Shown here: positions 37,615 to 45,655 of the stretch, piece by piece
Layout of the letters: every line of letters begins with the position of its first letter
How positions within the stretch are numbered: position 1 is the stretch's first letter
Source of the DNA: Candidatus Eiseniibacteriota bacterium
GTDB lineage: Bacteria; Eisenbacteria; RBG-16-71-46; JABDJR01; JAWXBZ01
Direction: 5' to 3'
Assembly (NCBI GenBank): GCA_034440375.1
Contig: JAWXBZ010000030.1
Coordinates: forward strand, 1 to 49,817
Length of the DNA: 49,817 nt
Notes under the pieces: generated by a model
Told to the model about the DNA's origin: nothing
The model's input: only the letters and a program-made list of their open reading frames with translations
The model's database searches: none
Position numbers and translations under genes: made by a program

Positions 37615-38319
37615 ATGAAGTTTTTGGCTAAGGCTCTTTCCGTTGCCGCGCTTGCCGTGCTCGTCAGTACCAGCGCGTCGGCCCAGATTCTGTTGAATGA
37701 GATTCGGACCGACCAGACCGGGTCGGACACCGACGAGTACGTTGAACTTGCCGGTCCGGCCGGGGCGTCTCTTGCAGGCTACTCGATCGTCGTGATCGGC
37801 GACGGGACCGGCGGTTGCGGTGTTGTTGAGGCCGCCATCAGTCTTGCCGCCTTCAGCATCCAGGCTGATGGCTATTTCGCGCTTCGCTACAGCGCGGGCG
37901 TAGCGCTCTTGACTGGTTACGACGCTACCTTGACCGGCTCTTTCGAAAACAGTGACAATCTCACATTCCTCCTGGTGACCGGCAACACCGCGGCCGTCGC
38001 AAATGACCTTGACACCAACAATGACGGCATCCTTGATACAACGCCTTGGGCGACGATCGTCGATCAGGTTGGTCTGTCAGAAGGTACGGTCGTCAATTGC
38101 ACAACTGACGAATACCTGTACACCACCACGGTCGTGGGGCCGGATGGAACCTTTGCTCCGGGACATGTCTACCGTTGCGGTGCCACCTGGCTCATCGGAC
38201 CGTTCGGGGGTGTGCTTCCCACCGGCGGTGTTGACACGGTGGGTGCGGCGAACACCAGCTGCCCGGTGCCGGTTGCCCCGTCGACCTGGAGCAATATCAA
38301 GGCACGGATCAGCAACTAG
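37615..38319 (+). CDS. Secreted lamin-tail-like domain protein with TWSxIK tail; paralogue of the N-terminal domain of 1..1824
   Basis: AAGGAGG RBS, signal peptide, LLNEIRTDQTGSDTDEYVEL, SIQADGYFALR, GSFENSDNLTFLLVTGNT; ends CPVPVAPSTWSNIKARISN. Confidence 0.88.
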   Translation: MKFLAKALSVAALAVLVSTSASAQILLNEIRTDQTGSDTDEYVELAGPAGASLAGYSIVVIGDGTGGCGVVEAAISLAAFSIQADGYFALRYSAGVALLTGYDATLTGSFENSDNLTFLLVTGNTAAVANDLDTNNDGILDTTPWATIVDQVGLSEGTVVNCTTDEYLYTTTVVGPDGTFAPGHVYRCGATWLIGPFGGVLPTGGVDTVGAANTSCPVPVAPSTWSNIKARISN

Positions 38320-38356
38320 AGGTTCGGCTGCCTGGAGTTCTGACAGCAGGAAAATC

Positions 38357-38388
38357 AGACCGGGAGCCCACGCGGCTCCCGGTCTTTT
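38357..38388 (+). terminator. Intrinsic terminator
   Basis: AGACCGGGAGCC-CACGC-GGCTCCCGGTCT followed by TTT. Confidence 0.85.
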
Positions 38389-38420
38389 CGTATGGCCGAG
38401 GGGCGGAGGTCTTACCTCCG

Positions 38421-39233
38421 ATGGTGAAAATGCATCGCAGGCATCTGACACATAACCGATACTTCCACTTCCCGATTTGCCTTGCGGCCATGGCAGCCCT
38501 GATGGGCCCGGTCACCGCCGCAGCCAGCGCCGTCTACCAACCCCTCCCCTTCAACCAGAACTGGAACAACACGACCCTCCTGACCGCCAATGACAACTGG
38601 AGCGGCGTTCCGGGGATTGTTGGCTACCTGGGTGAGGATCCGATTACGAGCGAGGCGGGACGGCTGCCGCGAACGATCACCGCCGATTCGTCGAGCGCGG
38701 TCGACCTGATCGCCAATCAGACCAATCCGAATACGCTCGTGGCGGGCGGCGTGGCGGAATTTCACCTGGTGGATCCCGTGGTGGCGCTTCAAGGCTCTGC
38801 CACGGCCGACTACCCGCACCTGGTGATCCATCTCAATACGATCGGGGTGTTCGGGCCCCTGATCTTTCAAGCCCGGCTGCGGGACATTGACGGATCGCTG
38901 GACAATGCGACCCAGCCGATCCAGGTGCAGTACCGCACCCAGCCGTCAGGCGAATGGACAAACGCCGCCGGCGGCGATTTTCTCGACGCGACGACCGGTC
39001 CGGGGATGTCCACGCTTGAAACGGCGGTTTACGTTGTCCTTCCTGGCGATGTCGGGAATCGGCCACAACTGCAAATCCGGATACTGACGGCCAACGCGGC
39101 GGGGGGCCCCTTGGGCAATGACGAGTGGGTGGGGATCGACGATATTTCCGTGTCGCCCGCCACTTCCGGCGTGCCGGCCCCGGGTTCACTCCAGCCGACC
39201 ACCTGGAGCCGGATCAAGTCGCTCGGACGCTAG
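38421..39233 (+). CDS. Secreted hypothetical protein with TWSxIK tail
   Basis: Signal-peptide-like N-terminus; beta-sandwich-like body (LPFNQNW...NDEWVGIDDISV); ends SLQPTTWSRIKSLGR. Confidence 0.8.
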   Translation: MVKMHRRHLTHNRYFHFPICLAAMAALMGPVTAAASAVYQPLPFNQNWNNTTLLTANDNWSGVPGIVGYLGEDPITSEAGRLPRTITADSSSAVDLIANQTNPNTLVAGGVAEFHLVDPVVALQGSATADYPHLVIHLNTIGVFGPLIFQARLRDIDGSLDNATQPIQVQYRTQPSGEWTNAAGGDFLDATTGPGMSTLETAVYVVLPGDVGNRPQLQIRILTANAAGGPLGNDEWVGIDDISVSPATSGVPAPGSLQPTTWSRIKSLGR

Positions 39234-39493
39234 CCGCCTGAATCGACGATGCCGACGATCAGGGTGCGGATCGGCGCGTCGGGTGCTTCCAGGATCTGCC
39301 GGGCGCTGCTCCCCTCGTCCAGGATGAGAACGGTCTGACCGGGCGCCGCCTGCACGGTATCGACGGCGATGACCGTGCCGCCCAACGGCGCGCCGTCCAG
39401 GCCAATCCGCTGGGCCAGCAGGAGCCTTCGACCGTCGAGTGCGGGATGCTGGATGGTCGAGACGACGGTTCCAATGATCCGGGCCAGCATCAT
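39230..39493 (-). CDS. BMC vertex protein (BMC-P, EutN/CcmL family)
   Basis: MLARIIGTVVST, IAVDTVQAAPGQTVL, EGSSARQ, IVGIVD. Confidence 0.93.
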   Translation of the reverse strand: MMLARIIGTVVSTIQHPALDGRRLLLAQRIGLDGAPLGGTVIAVDTVQAAPGQTVLILDEGSSARQILEAPDAPIRTLIVGIVDSGG

Positions 39494-39786
39494 GACGGGG
39501 CGACTCCCGGCACCGGCGGCTCCACTGCAAGCTGATCAATGAGGCCGACGATGGCATGGTCCACCGGCACAAAGCTCGGATCGAGCGCCATGGCCGCCTC
39601 ACGCCCGCCTTCGTAGTGGACCAGGTCGCCGGGTCCGGCGGTTCGGGTGGCATCGGCCGCCACGATGGGCGTCCCGAGAGGGACACACCGTTCATCCAGC
39701 GGCTGCACCAAGAGGAAGCGAACGCCGGCAAGCCCTGGCGCCCGAATCGTGGCCACAACACGCCCGATGACCTGACCGATCAGCAT
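39490..39786 (-). CDS. BMC vertex protein (BMC-P, EutN/CcmL family)
   Basis: MLIGQVIGRVVAT, AGPGDLV, GGREAA, PVDHAIVGLID. Confidence 0.93.
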   Translation of the reverse strand: MLIGQVIGRVVATIRAPGLAGVRFLLVQPLDERCVPLGTPIVAADATRTAGPGDLVHYEGGREAAMALDPSFVPVDHAIVGLIDQLAVEPPVPGVAPS

Positions 39787-41273
39787 CAGACGATGCGGAA
39801 GTAGTCGACCAGCGTGCAGCGACGGAGCCGGCTGAAGGCGATCGGGCCTGTCATCCCCTCCCCCGTCGGGCTGGCGATGGTGAAGGAGGTGTACCCCTCG
39901 CCTCCGAAACCGAGACCGGCGAGGTTGGGCGCGTTCTTGATGAATATCGAGGTGTTGATTTCGCGGGCCATGCGCGAGAGGCGGTCGATGGACAGCGAAT
40001 GCATCGACGCCGTGTGACCGAAGCGATGCTCGGCTTTGACGGCCATATCGATGGCGTGGTCGGCGTCGGGCACGCGGACAACCGGCAGGACCGGCATCAT
40101 CTGTTCGGTCCAGACCAGCGGATGGTCGGCCTCGACTTCGAGGAACAGGAGGCGCGGATCATCCGAGGCTGTAACGCCCATGGCGTTCAGGATGAACCCG
40201 GCATTCTTGCCGATGAATTCCGGGTTGATTACCCCCGGCTTTCCCGGACCACGGGTCTCCTTGAAGATGGCCTTCATCAACCGCTCCTGCTGCCAGGATT
40301 TGAGTTCGTAACCGCCGGCGGCCGTCATCGCTTTCTTCAGGCGATCCGCCACCGAGGCTACGACGAAGACTTCCTTTTCATCGGTGCAGATGACGTTATT
40401 GTCGAACGAGGCGCCGCGCACGATGTCCGCGCCCGCTTTCTCGATTCGGGCCGTTTCATCCACCACTACCGGCGGGTTGCCCGGGCCGGCACAGATGGCC
40501 CGTTTGCCGCTCTGCATGGCGGCCGAAACGACCCCCGCGCCGCCGGTGACGACAAGAATGCGGATTCCCTTGTGCTTCATCAGTTCCTGGGCGCTTCCTT
40601 GCGTCGGGTTGGCCACGGCAGTGACGACATTTTTGGGTCCCCCCGCCGCCAGGATGGCCTCGTTGATCAGGTGAATATTCGTGAGTGAGACATTCCTGGC
40701 GTTGGGATGCACGTTGAATACGACCGAATTTCCCGCCGCCAGCATGCCGATGGAATTGCAGATGATGGTCGATGTTGGATTGGTGGTCGGGGTGATGGCT
40801 CCAATGGTGCCGAAGGGGGCCCTTTCTTCCAGGAGCAGGCCGTGATCGCCCGATTCAGCCCGGGGCACCAGGACTTCGGTTCCGGGGGTCTTGTTGGTGA
40901 CGAGCAGGTTCTTCTGAATCTTGTCTTCGAAACGGCCGAGACCAGTCTCCTGGTGGGCCATCCACGCCAGCATCTCCGCGTTGTCGCGCATCGACTTTCG
41001 GATATGGGAGAGAATGGCATTGCGCTTGTCCATGCTGAGAGCCACGAACTCGAGCTGAGCCTGATTGGCCGCCGTCACGGCTTCGTCCACGGAGTCAAAG
41101 GCGCCGAGCCTGGCCCCGGGGGCGACGGCCCCCATCGGCTCCGATGGTCCCGTCGAGTAACCGCCACTTTCGCCGGAGGAGGCGCCGGACACCATGCCAC
41201 CGGATTCCGCGAGCTGTTTCAGCACGCGGCGCGCCAGTTCCTGTACGTCCTGGTCAGTTATCGGATGCATCAT
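39786..41273 (-). CDS. CoA-acylating aldehyde dehydrogenase (EutE/PduP-like) with N-terminal encapsulation peptide
   Basis: ITDQDVQELARRVLKQL helix and low-complexity linker; GAITPTTNP, TGGAGVV, AGPGNPPVVVDETA, SFDNNVICTDEKE. Confidence 0.92.
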   Translation of the reverse strand: MMHPITDQDVQELARRVLKQLAESGGMVSGASSGESGGYSTGPSEPMGAVAPGARLGAFDSVDEAVTAANQAQLEFVALSMDKRNAILSHIRKSMRDNAEMLAWMAHQETGLGRFEDKIQKNLLVTNKTPGTEVLVPRAESGDHGLLLEERAPFGTIGAITPTTNPTSTIICNSIGMLAAGNSVVFNVHPNARNVSLTNIHLINEAILAAGGPKNVVTAVANPTQGSAQELMKHKGIRILVVTGGAGVVSAAMQSGKRAICAGPGNPPVVVDETARIEKAGADIVRGASFDNNVICTDEKEVFVVASVADRLKKAMTAAGGYELKSWQQERLMKAIFKETRGPGKPGVINPEFIGKNAGFILNAMGVTASDDPRLLFLEVEADHPLVWTEQMMPVLPVVRVPDADHAIDMAVKAEHRFGHTASMHSLSIDRLSRMAREINTSIFIKNAPNLAGLGFGGEGYTSFTIASPTGEGMTGPIAFSRLRRCTLVDYFRIV

Positions 41274-41584
41274 GTACCGTCACCCATTCCATCGCGTCCC
41301 TTTCGCCAGCGAACCTCGTCCATCACGTCCCACGAATCGACGATTGCCATCACCACGGCATCGCACGGCCGTTGATCGGTGTCCGGAGTCTGGCGCGCGG
41401 AACTGCCGGACGCCACGAGAACCATCTCCGACTCGCCGGCGCCGACAACGTCCGTGGCCACGAACGGGGTGCCGACGAGCCCGCCGGCGGCGTCGACCGG
41501 TCGGACAAGGAGAAGCGTCCAGCCACAGGCCAACGGCTCCTTGCGAGTCGATACGACCGTACCGATCACCCGCGCCAGGACCAT
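41270..41584 (-). CDS. BMC vertex protein (BMC-P, EutN/CcmL family)
   Basis: MVLARVIGTVVSTRK, VATDVVGAGESEMVLVASGSSAR, CDAVVMAIVD. Confidence 0.94.
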   Translation of the reverse strand: MVLARVIGTVVSTRKEPLACGWTLLLVRPVDAAGGLVGTPFVATDVVGAGESEMVLVASGSSARQTPDTDQRPCDAVVMAIVDSWDVMDEVRWRKGRDGMGDGT

Positions 41585-41593
41585 GCTGCTTCC

Positions 41594-41902
41594 CTAGTCC
41601 CGTGCGCCGGCGGCCTTGGCTTCCTTGACCCGCCCGAGCGGCAGGCCGATATCGACGTTGCCATGCGGGCGGGCAATGACATGCGTTGCCACCACCTCAC
41701 CGACACGTTCGGCGGCACGGGCACCCGCTTCGACGGCCGCCTTGACCGCCGCGACATCACCCCGAACGATGGCCGTGACATAGCCGCCGCCGATCTTCTC
41801 GTGGCCGACCAGTTCCACCTTGGCCGCCTTGACCATGGCATCGGCCGCCTCGACCATCGCGGCGAACCCGCGGGTTTCGATCATTCCCAGTGCATCGGTC
41901 AT
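41594..41902 (-). CDS. BMC hexamer shell protein (BMC-H, EutM/PduA-like)
   Basis: [27 protein letters not shown]...[13 protein letters not shown]...[17 protein letters not shown]. Confidence 0.97.
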   Translation of the reverse strand: MTDALGMIETRGFAAMVEAADAMVKAAKVELVGHEKIGGGYVTAIVRGDVAAVKAAVEAGARAAERVGEVVATHVIARPHGNVDIGLPLGRVKEAKAAGARD

Positions 41903-41995
41903 CGTGTTTCTCCTCCAATTCCCGGCGGATCGCGAGCGATCCGTCGGCGCTTTGCCGGCGTCCTCCGCCCTCGCCCGTTCAAACTCGAACCTCGA

Positions 41996-42622
41996 TTAGG
42001 TCCCCTTCGTCAGTTCCCGTCCACTGATCGATTCCAACGCCGCCACCGCCGCGCGGTAGCCGACGTCGATGTCCGCTTCCTCGCCGCCCAGGTAGATGCG
42101 CCCGAACGAGCCAACCGCGCGGACCTCGAGAATGTTGATGTTGGCTGCCTTTTCCGCCTCGTTGGCCGCCAGGGCGGCATACGCCGCCGGCTCCGTCTCG
42201 AGCACGTAGAGAGTCTGACCTGGAATGATCATCTGGCCATGACGCATCCGATTGATCAATTGTGCCTGGTGGTCGTCGATTTTCCGGATGACCTGGCTGG
42301 AGAGTATCCGCGGCTTGATCCGATCAGCTTCCTTCAAGCCGATGGCATCGAGGATGGCCTGACCGGCCTGGCGCACCTCCCCCTGTTCCTCGTGGTGTAC
42401 CTCGAGGAGGCCATACTGCCGCTCCACGACCTGCATGCCCGGCTTCACCCGCGTCGACTTGACGGCGATGTCGGTGACCCGGTTGATTTCAATGCCCGGT
42501 GAGATCTCCACCCAGAGCGAGGCCATCTTGGCCAGCGGCAGGAAGCCCTGGGCGATCGTGCCCATGAAGGCCGCATGCTGCGGCTGAAGACTGTCGAGGA
42601 AGACATACGAGCGCAGTTCCAT
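41996..42622 (-). CDS. BMC tandem-domain shell protein (BMC-T, CcmP-like double-layer type)
   Basis: [54 protein letters not shown]. Confidence 0.9.
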   Translation of the reverse strand: MELRSYVFLDSLQPQHAAFMGTIAQGFLPLAKMASLWVEISPGIEINRVTDIAVKSTRVKPGMQVVERQYGLLEVHHEEQGEVRQAGQAILDAIGLKEADRIKPRILSSQVIRKIDDHQAQLINRMRHGQMIIPGQTLYVLETEPAAYAALAANEAEKAANINILEVRAVGSFGRIYLGGEEADIDVGYRAAVAALESISGRELTKGT

Positions 42623-42636
42623 GGACGGTGGGCCTC

Positions 42637-43536
42637 CTATGCGTGCCGGGCGCGGCCGAGCACTTCGGCCGCCTCCTTCAGGATCTTGACACTGGCCGAT
42701 GCCCCGATGCGGGTGGCGCCGGCCGCCAGCATGCGGGTCACATCGCCAAACGTTCGGACGCCACCGGAGGCCTTGACGCCGATGCCCTGGCCGACCGTCC
42801 GGCGCATCAAGTCGACATCGTGCACGGTGGCGCCGCCGGGGCCAAATCCGGTGGACGTCTTGACGAAATCGGCGCCGGCCGATCTGGCCAGTCGGCAGGC
42901 GCGGATTTTCTCCTCATCGTTCAAGAGCGCCGCCTCGATGATGACCTTGAGCTTCGCGCCCGATTCATGACAGGCCTCGGCCAGCGCGCGAATGTCCGCT
43001 TCCACTTCACGGTCACAGCCGGCCTTCAGGAGCCCAACGTTGATGACCATGTCGATCTCGCGCGCTCCATCGCGGATGGCACCGCGCGTTTCGGATGCCT
43101 TGGCCCGGGTCGGTTGCGCACCCAGGGGAAAGCCCACAACGGAACAGGTGATGACTTTTGAGTCCCGAAGTTTTCTGGCCACGAGGCGAACCCACATCGG
43201 GTTGACACAGACCGCCGCGAAGGAGTGCCGAAGCGCCTCATCGCAAACGGTCTCCACCTCCTGCGGGGTGGCATCCGGTTTCAGGATCGTGTGATCGATG
43301 AACCCGGCGATGGCGGCTTCCACGTCGATCGTGCCGGGCGAGGCGGCAATGCGGTCCGCCCCCGCGTCGAGGACACTCTTCACGTTGTCCGCACATTTCC
43401 GGGCGCACTGTCCACATCCGGTGCAGGGCTGATCGCGCGGTGTGCGCGCCACCCGCACCTGATATTCGGCTGCCAGCCGCCGGGTCACCTCGTCGGCAAC
43501 GGCGTCGACCAATCGATCCAGATCGGAGGCACTCAT
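42637..43536 (-). CDS. deoC: Deoxyribose-phosphate aldolase with N-terminal encapsulation peptide and Cys4 motif
   Basis: [48 protein letters not shown]. Start reassigned to ATG 43536 (ATGA overlap with the rpiB-like stop). Confidence 0.93.
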   Translation of the reverse strand: MSASDLDRLVDAVADEVTRRLAAEYQVRVARTPRDQPCTGCGQCARKCADNVKSVLDAGADRIAASPGTIDVEAAIAGFIDHTILKPDATPQEVETVCDEALRHSFAAVCVNPMWVRLVARKLRDSKVITCSVVGFPLGAQPTRAKASETRGAIRDGAREIDMVINVGLLKAGCDREVEADIRALAEACHESGAKLKVIIEAALLNDEEKIRACRLARSAGADFVKTSTGFGPGGATVHDVDLMRRTVGQGIGVKASGGVRTFGDVTRMLAAGATRIGASASVKILKEAAEVLGRARHA

Positions 43537-44135
43537 CGGGGAACCGGGGCGCCGCAGTAGTGCTGCTCGATCGCCTCGATCATGGCCACCCGCTTCCGGT
43601 GCCGTTCCTCTCGGCACTCGCTGCCGAGCCACGCCCGAACGGTCTCCTGGGCCTGGACGAGACCGATGAGCCGTCCACCGAGAGTCAGCACGTTGGCATC
43701 GTTGTGCTCTCGGCTGTTTCGTGCGGTGATGGTGTCGTGGCACAGGGCCGCTCGAATTCCCGGCACCTTGTTGGCGGCGATGGCCGATCCGATCCCGGCA
43801 CCGTCAATGATGATTCCCAGGCGCGCGCTGCCATCGACTATCTTCCGGGCCACCTTGAGCGCGATGTCGGGGTAGTCAACCGGTTGCTCATTCCAGGCGC
43901 CGCAATCGTCGACCAGCCAACCGAGATCGGCCAGGAATGGCTTCAGGCGCTCCTTCATCTCAAAGCCGCCATGATCCGCGCCGATAGCCAGCCGTTTGGC
44001 GCCGGCCGTGGGAGCGGGCCCGGCGGGCACGCTCTCGACCGTCGACACCGGTGTCGTCGTTCCAGAGACAACTGTCGCCAGATTCGCTTCCACCACGCGA
44101 CGAACCACCTCGCGCAATTCACGCTCGGAAATCAT
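43533..44135 (-). CDS. rpiB: RpiB/LacA/LacB-family sugar-phosphate isomerase with N-terminal encapsulation peptide
   Basis: [46 protein letters not shown] 44135 behind GGAGGAG. Confidence 0.88.
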   Translation of the reverse strand: MISERELREVVRRVVEANLATVVSGTTTPVSTVESVPAGPAPTAGAKRLAIGADHGGFEMKERLKPFLADLGWLVDDCGAWNEQPVDYPDIALKVARKIVDGSARLGIIIDGAGIGSAIAANKVPGIRAALCHDTITARNSREHNDANVLTLGGRLIGLVQAQETVRAWLGSECREERHRKRVAMIEAIEQHYCGAPVPR

Positions 44136-44180
44136 GCAAACTCCTCCAGAGAGGCAAGTTATCACACCCCCGGAATGGCG

Positions 44181-45128
44181 TCATCCCCTGTGCGTGCGGG
44201 CGGGCTCCAGGTGGATGAGGACTTCCCGGATTTCGGCGCATTCGGCCATGAGATGATCCTTGACGGCATGGCTGACCCGATGTCCCGACTCGACCGTCAT
44301 GGCCGGGTCGACCTCCAGGTGCAGATCAACAAGGTACTCGAGGCCGGACTTCCGCACGAAGAGTTTCTCCACACCATCCGCGCCGGGCACCGTGAGCACC
44401 ATCCGTCGAATACGCCCGACAAAATCAGGTTCCGCCTGCGCATCCATGAGTTCGTGAGCACTGCCGAGCAGCAGTCGAACCCCACCGGTCAGGATGAGGA
44501 CGACGACCACCAGCGCGGCGATTTCATCGGCACTTCGCCATGAATCACCACCGAATCGGACCAGTGCCAGTCCCACCATGACGGCCAGAGCCGAGAGCGC
44601 ATCGGCGCGATGGTCCCAGGCATTTGCCCGGATGGCCTGCGAGCCCGTTTCCTTGCCGAGCCTCCAATTGTAGCGGTACAACACTTCCTTGGTGACCACG
44701 GTGGTTCCTGCCACCCAGAGGGTCCAGCTCGGAGGCACGTCGTGGAAGCGACCGATTCGCTGAATGGCCTCCCATGCGATGATCCCGGCGGATACAAGGA
44801 TCAACATCGACACCATGGCACCGGCAACGGCTTCGATGCGCGTATGCCCGTAGGGATGGCCGGCATCGGGCGGACGCTGCGCGAAACGAAGCGAACCCAG
44901 GACAACCGTCGATGCCAGGACATCGCCCAGTGAATTGACGGCATCGGCAATGAGCACGAAGGATCCGGCCAGAATTCCGGCGGTGAGCTTGCCGGCGGCC
45001 AGCAGAATATTGACGACAAAGCCCAGCAAGGCCCCCCGCTCGGCGCTGGCGTAAACGCGGCGCATGGCCAGGGGATTTCGCCCGGTGATCGGCGGCATGG
45101 CCGGGGTGTTTCGAATGAGCGTCGTCAC
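44181..45128 (-). CDS. Cation diffusion facilitator (FieF-like) transporter
   Basis: LIADAVNSLGD, PPDAGHPYGHTRIE, AWDHRAD, VDLHLEVD, VLIHLEP. Start uncertain (45128, 45098 or 45065). Confidence 0.92.
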   Translation of the reverse strand: MTTLIRNTPAMPPITGRNPLAMRRVYASAERGALLGFVVNILLAAGKLTAGILAGSFVLIADAVNSLGDVLASTVVLGSLRFAQRPPDAGHPYGHTRIEAVAGAMVSMLILVSAGIIAWEAIQRIGRFHDVPPSWTLWVAGTTVVTKEVLYRYNWRLGKETGSQAIRANAWDHRADALSALAVMVGLALVRFGGDSWRSADEIAALVVVVLILTGGVRLLLGSAHELMDAQAEPDFVGRIRRMVLTVPGADGVEKLFVRKSGLEYLVDLHLEVDPAMTVESGHRVSHAVKDHLMAECAEIREVLIHLEPARTHRG

Positions 45129-45141
45129 CGGGCAGGGTCCG

Positions 45142-45594
45142 TCAGAAGCCGCGGCAGTAGCGGAAAAATGGTCCTTCCTTCTCCGTCCCGCGCCAGTACT
45201 CGAGCATGAGCCGACACTCCCCTTCTTCCTTCACATCGAATTTCTCGCCACTGGTCTGACGAAAACTCGTCAACTTGATCCGCTTGCTCGTTCTCGGCTT
45301 CAGGTTGCGGCCCAGTTGCACGTACGAGCCGGAGAGGCGCTGGATCGACACCTGGTAGATGTCGATGACCCCGCGGGTCGGGTTGAAAACCACCACTTCA
45401 TTTCCGCGTACGACCGCATCGACCTGGTCGGTGGGAAACTCGATTTCCTTTGGCGCCAGGCTGCCAAACTGCCAGACGGCGAGACCGATGATCAGGAGCA
45501 TGGTGGCCAACAGGCCGGTTGGAAACGATCCGCCATCGAATCGAGTGACCGGCGATTCGTTGGCGCCGTCGCCGGAATCGGGGTGGCGGCTCAT
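45142..45594 (-). CDS. Hypothetical membrane-anchored protein
   Basis: One TM helix (LLATMLLIIGLAVWQF), then a soluble domain; co-oriented and fills the gap between FTR1 and CDF. Confidence 0.65.
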   Translation of the reverse strand: MSRHPDSGDGANESPVTRFDGGSFPTGLLATMLLIIGLAVWQFGSLAPKEIEFPTDQVDAVVRGNEVVVFNPTRGVIDIYQVSIQRLSGSYVQLGRNLKPRTSKRIKLTSFRQTSGEKFDVKEEGECRLMLEYWRGTEKEGPFFRYCRGF

Positions 45595-45655
45595 GCCGGT
45601 ATCTTAGCAGGCCGGGGCGTTTGACGCCCGAACACGGCGCCGGATCCGGCGGCGA

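Noticed and set aside
39230-44135. Carboxysome, Eut or Pdu microcompartment
   Set aside because: No RuBisCO, ethanolamine ammonia-lyase, diol dehydratase or glycyl-radical enzyme; the signature enzymes are DeoC and an RpiB-like protein.
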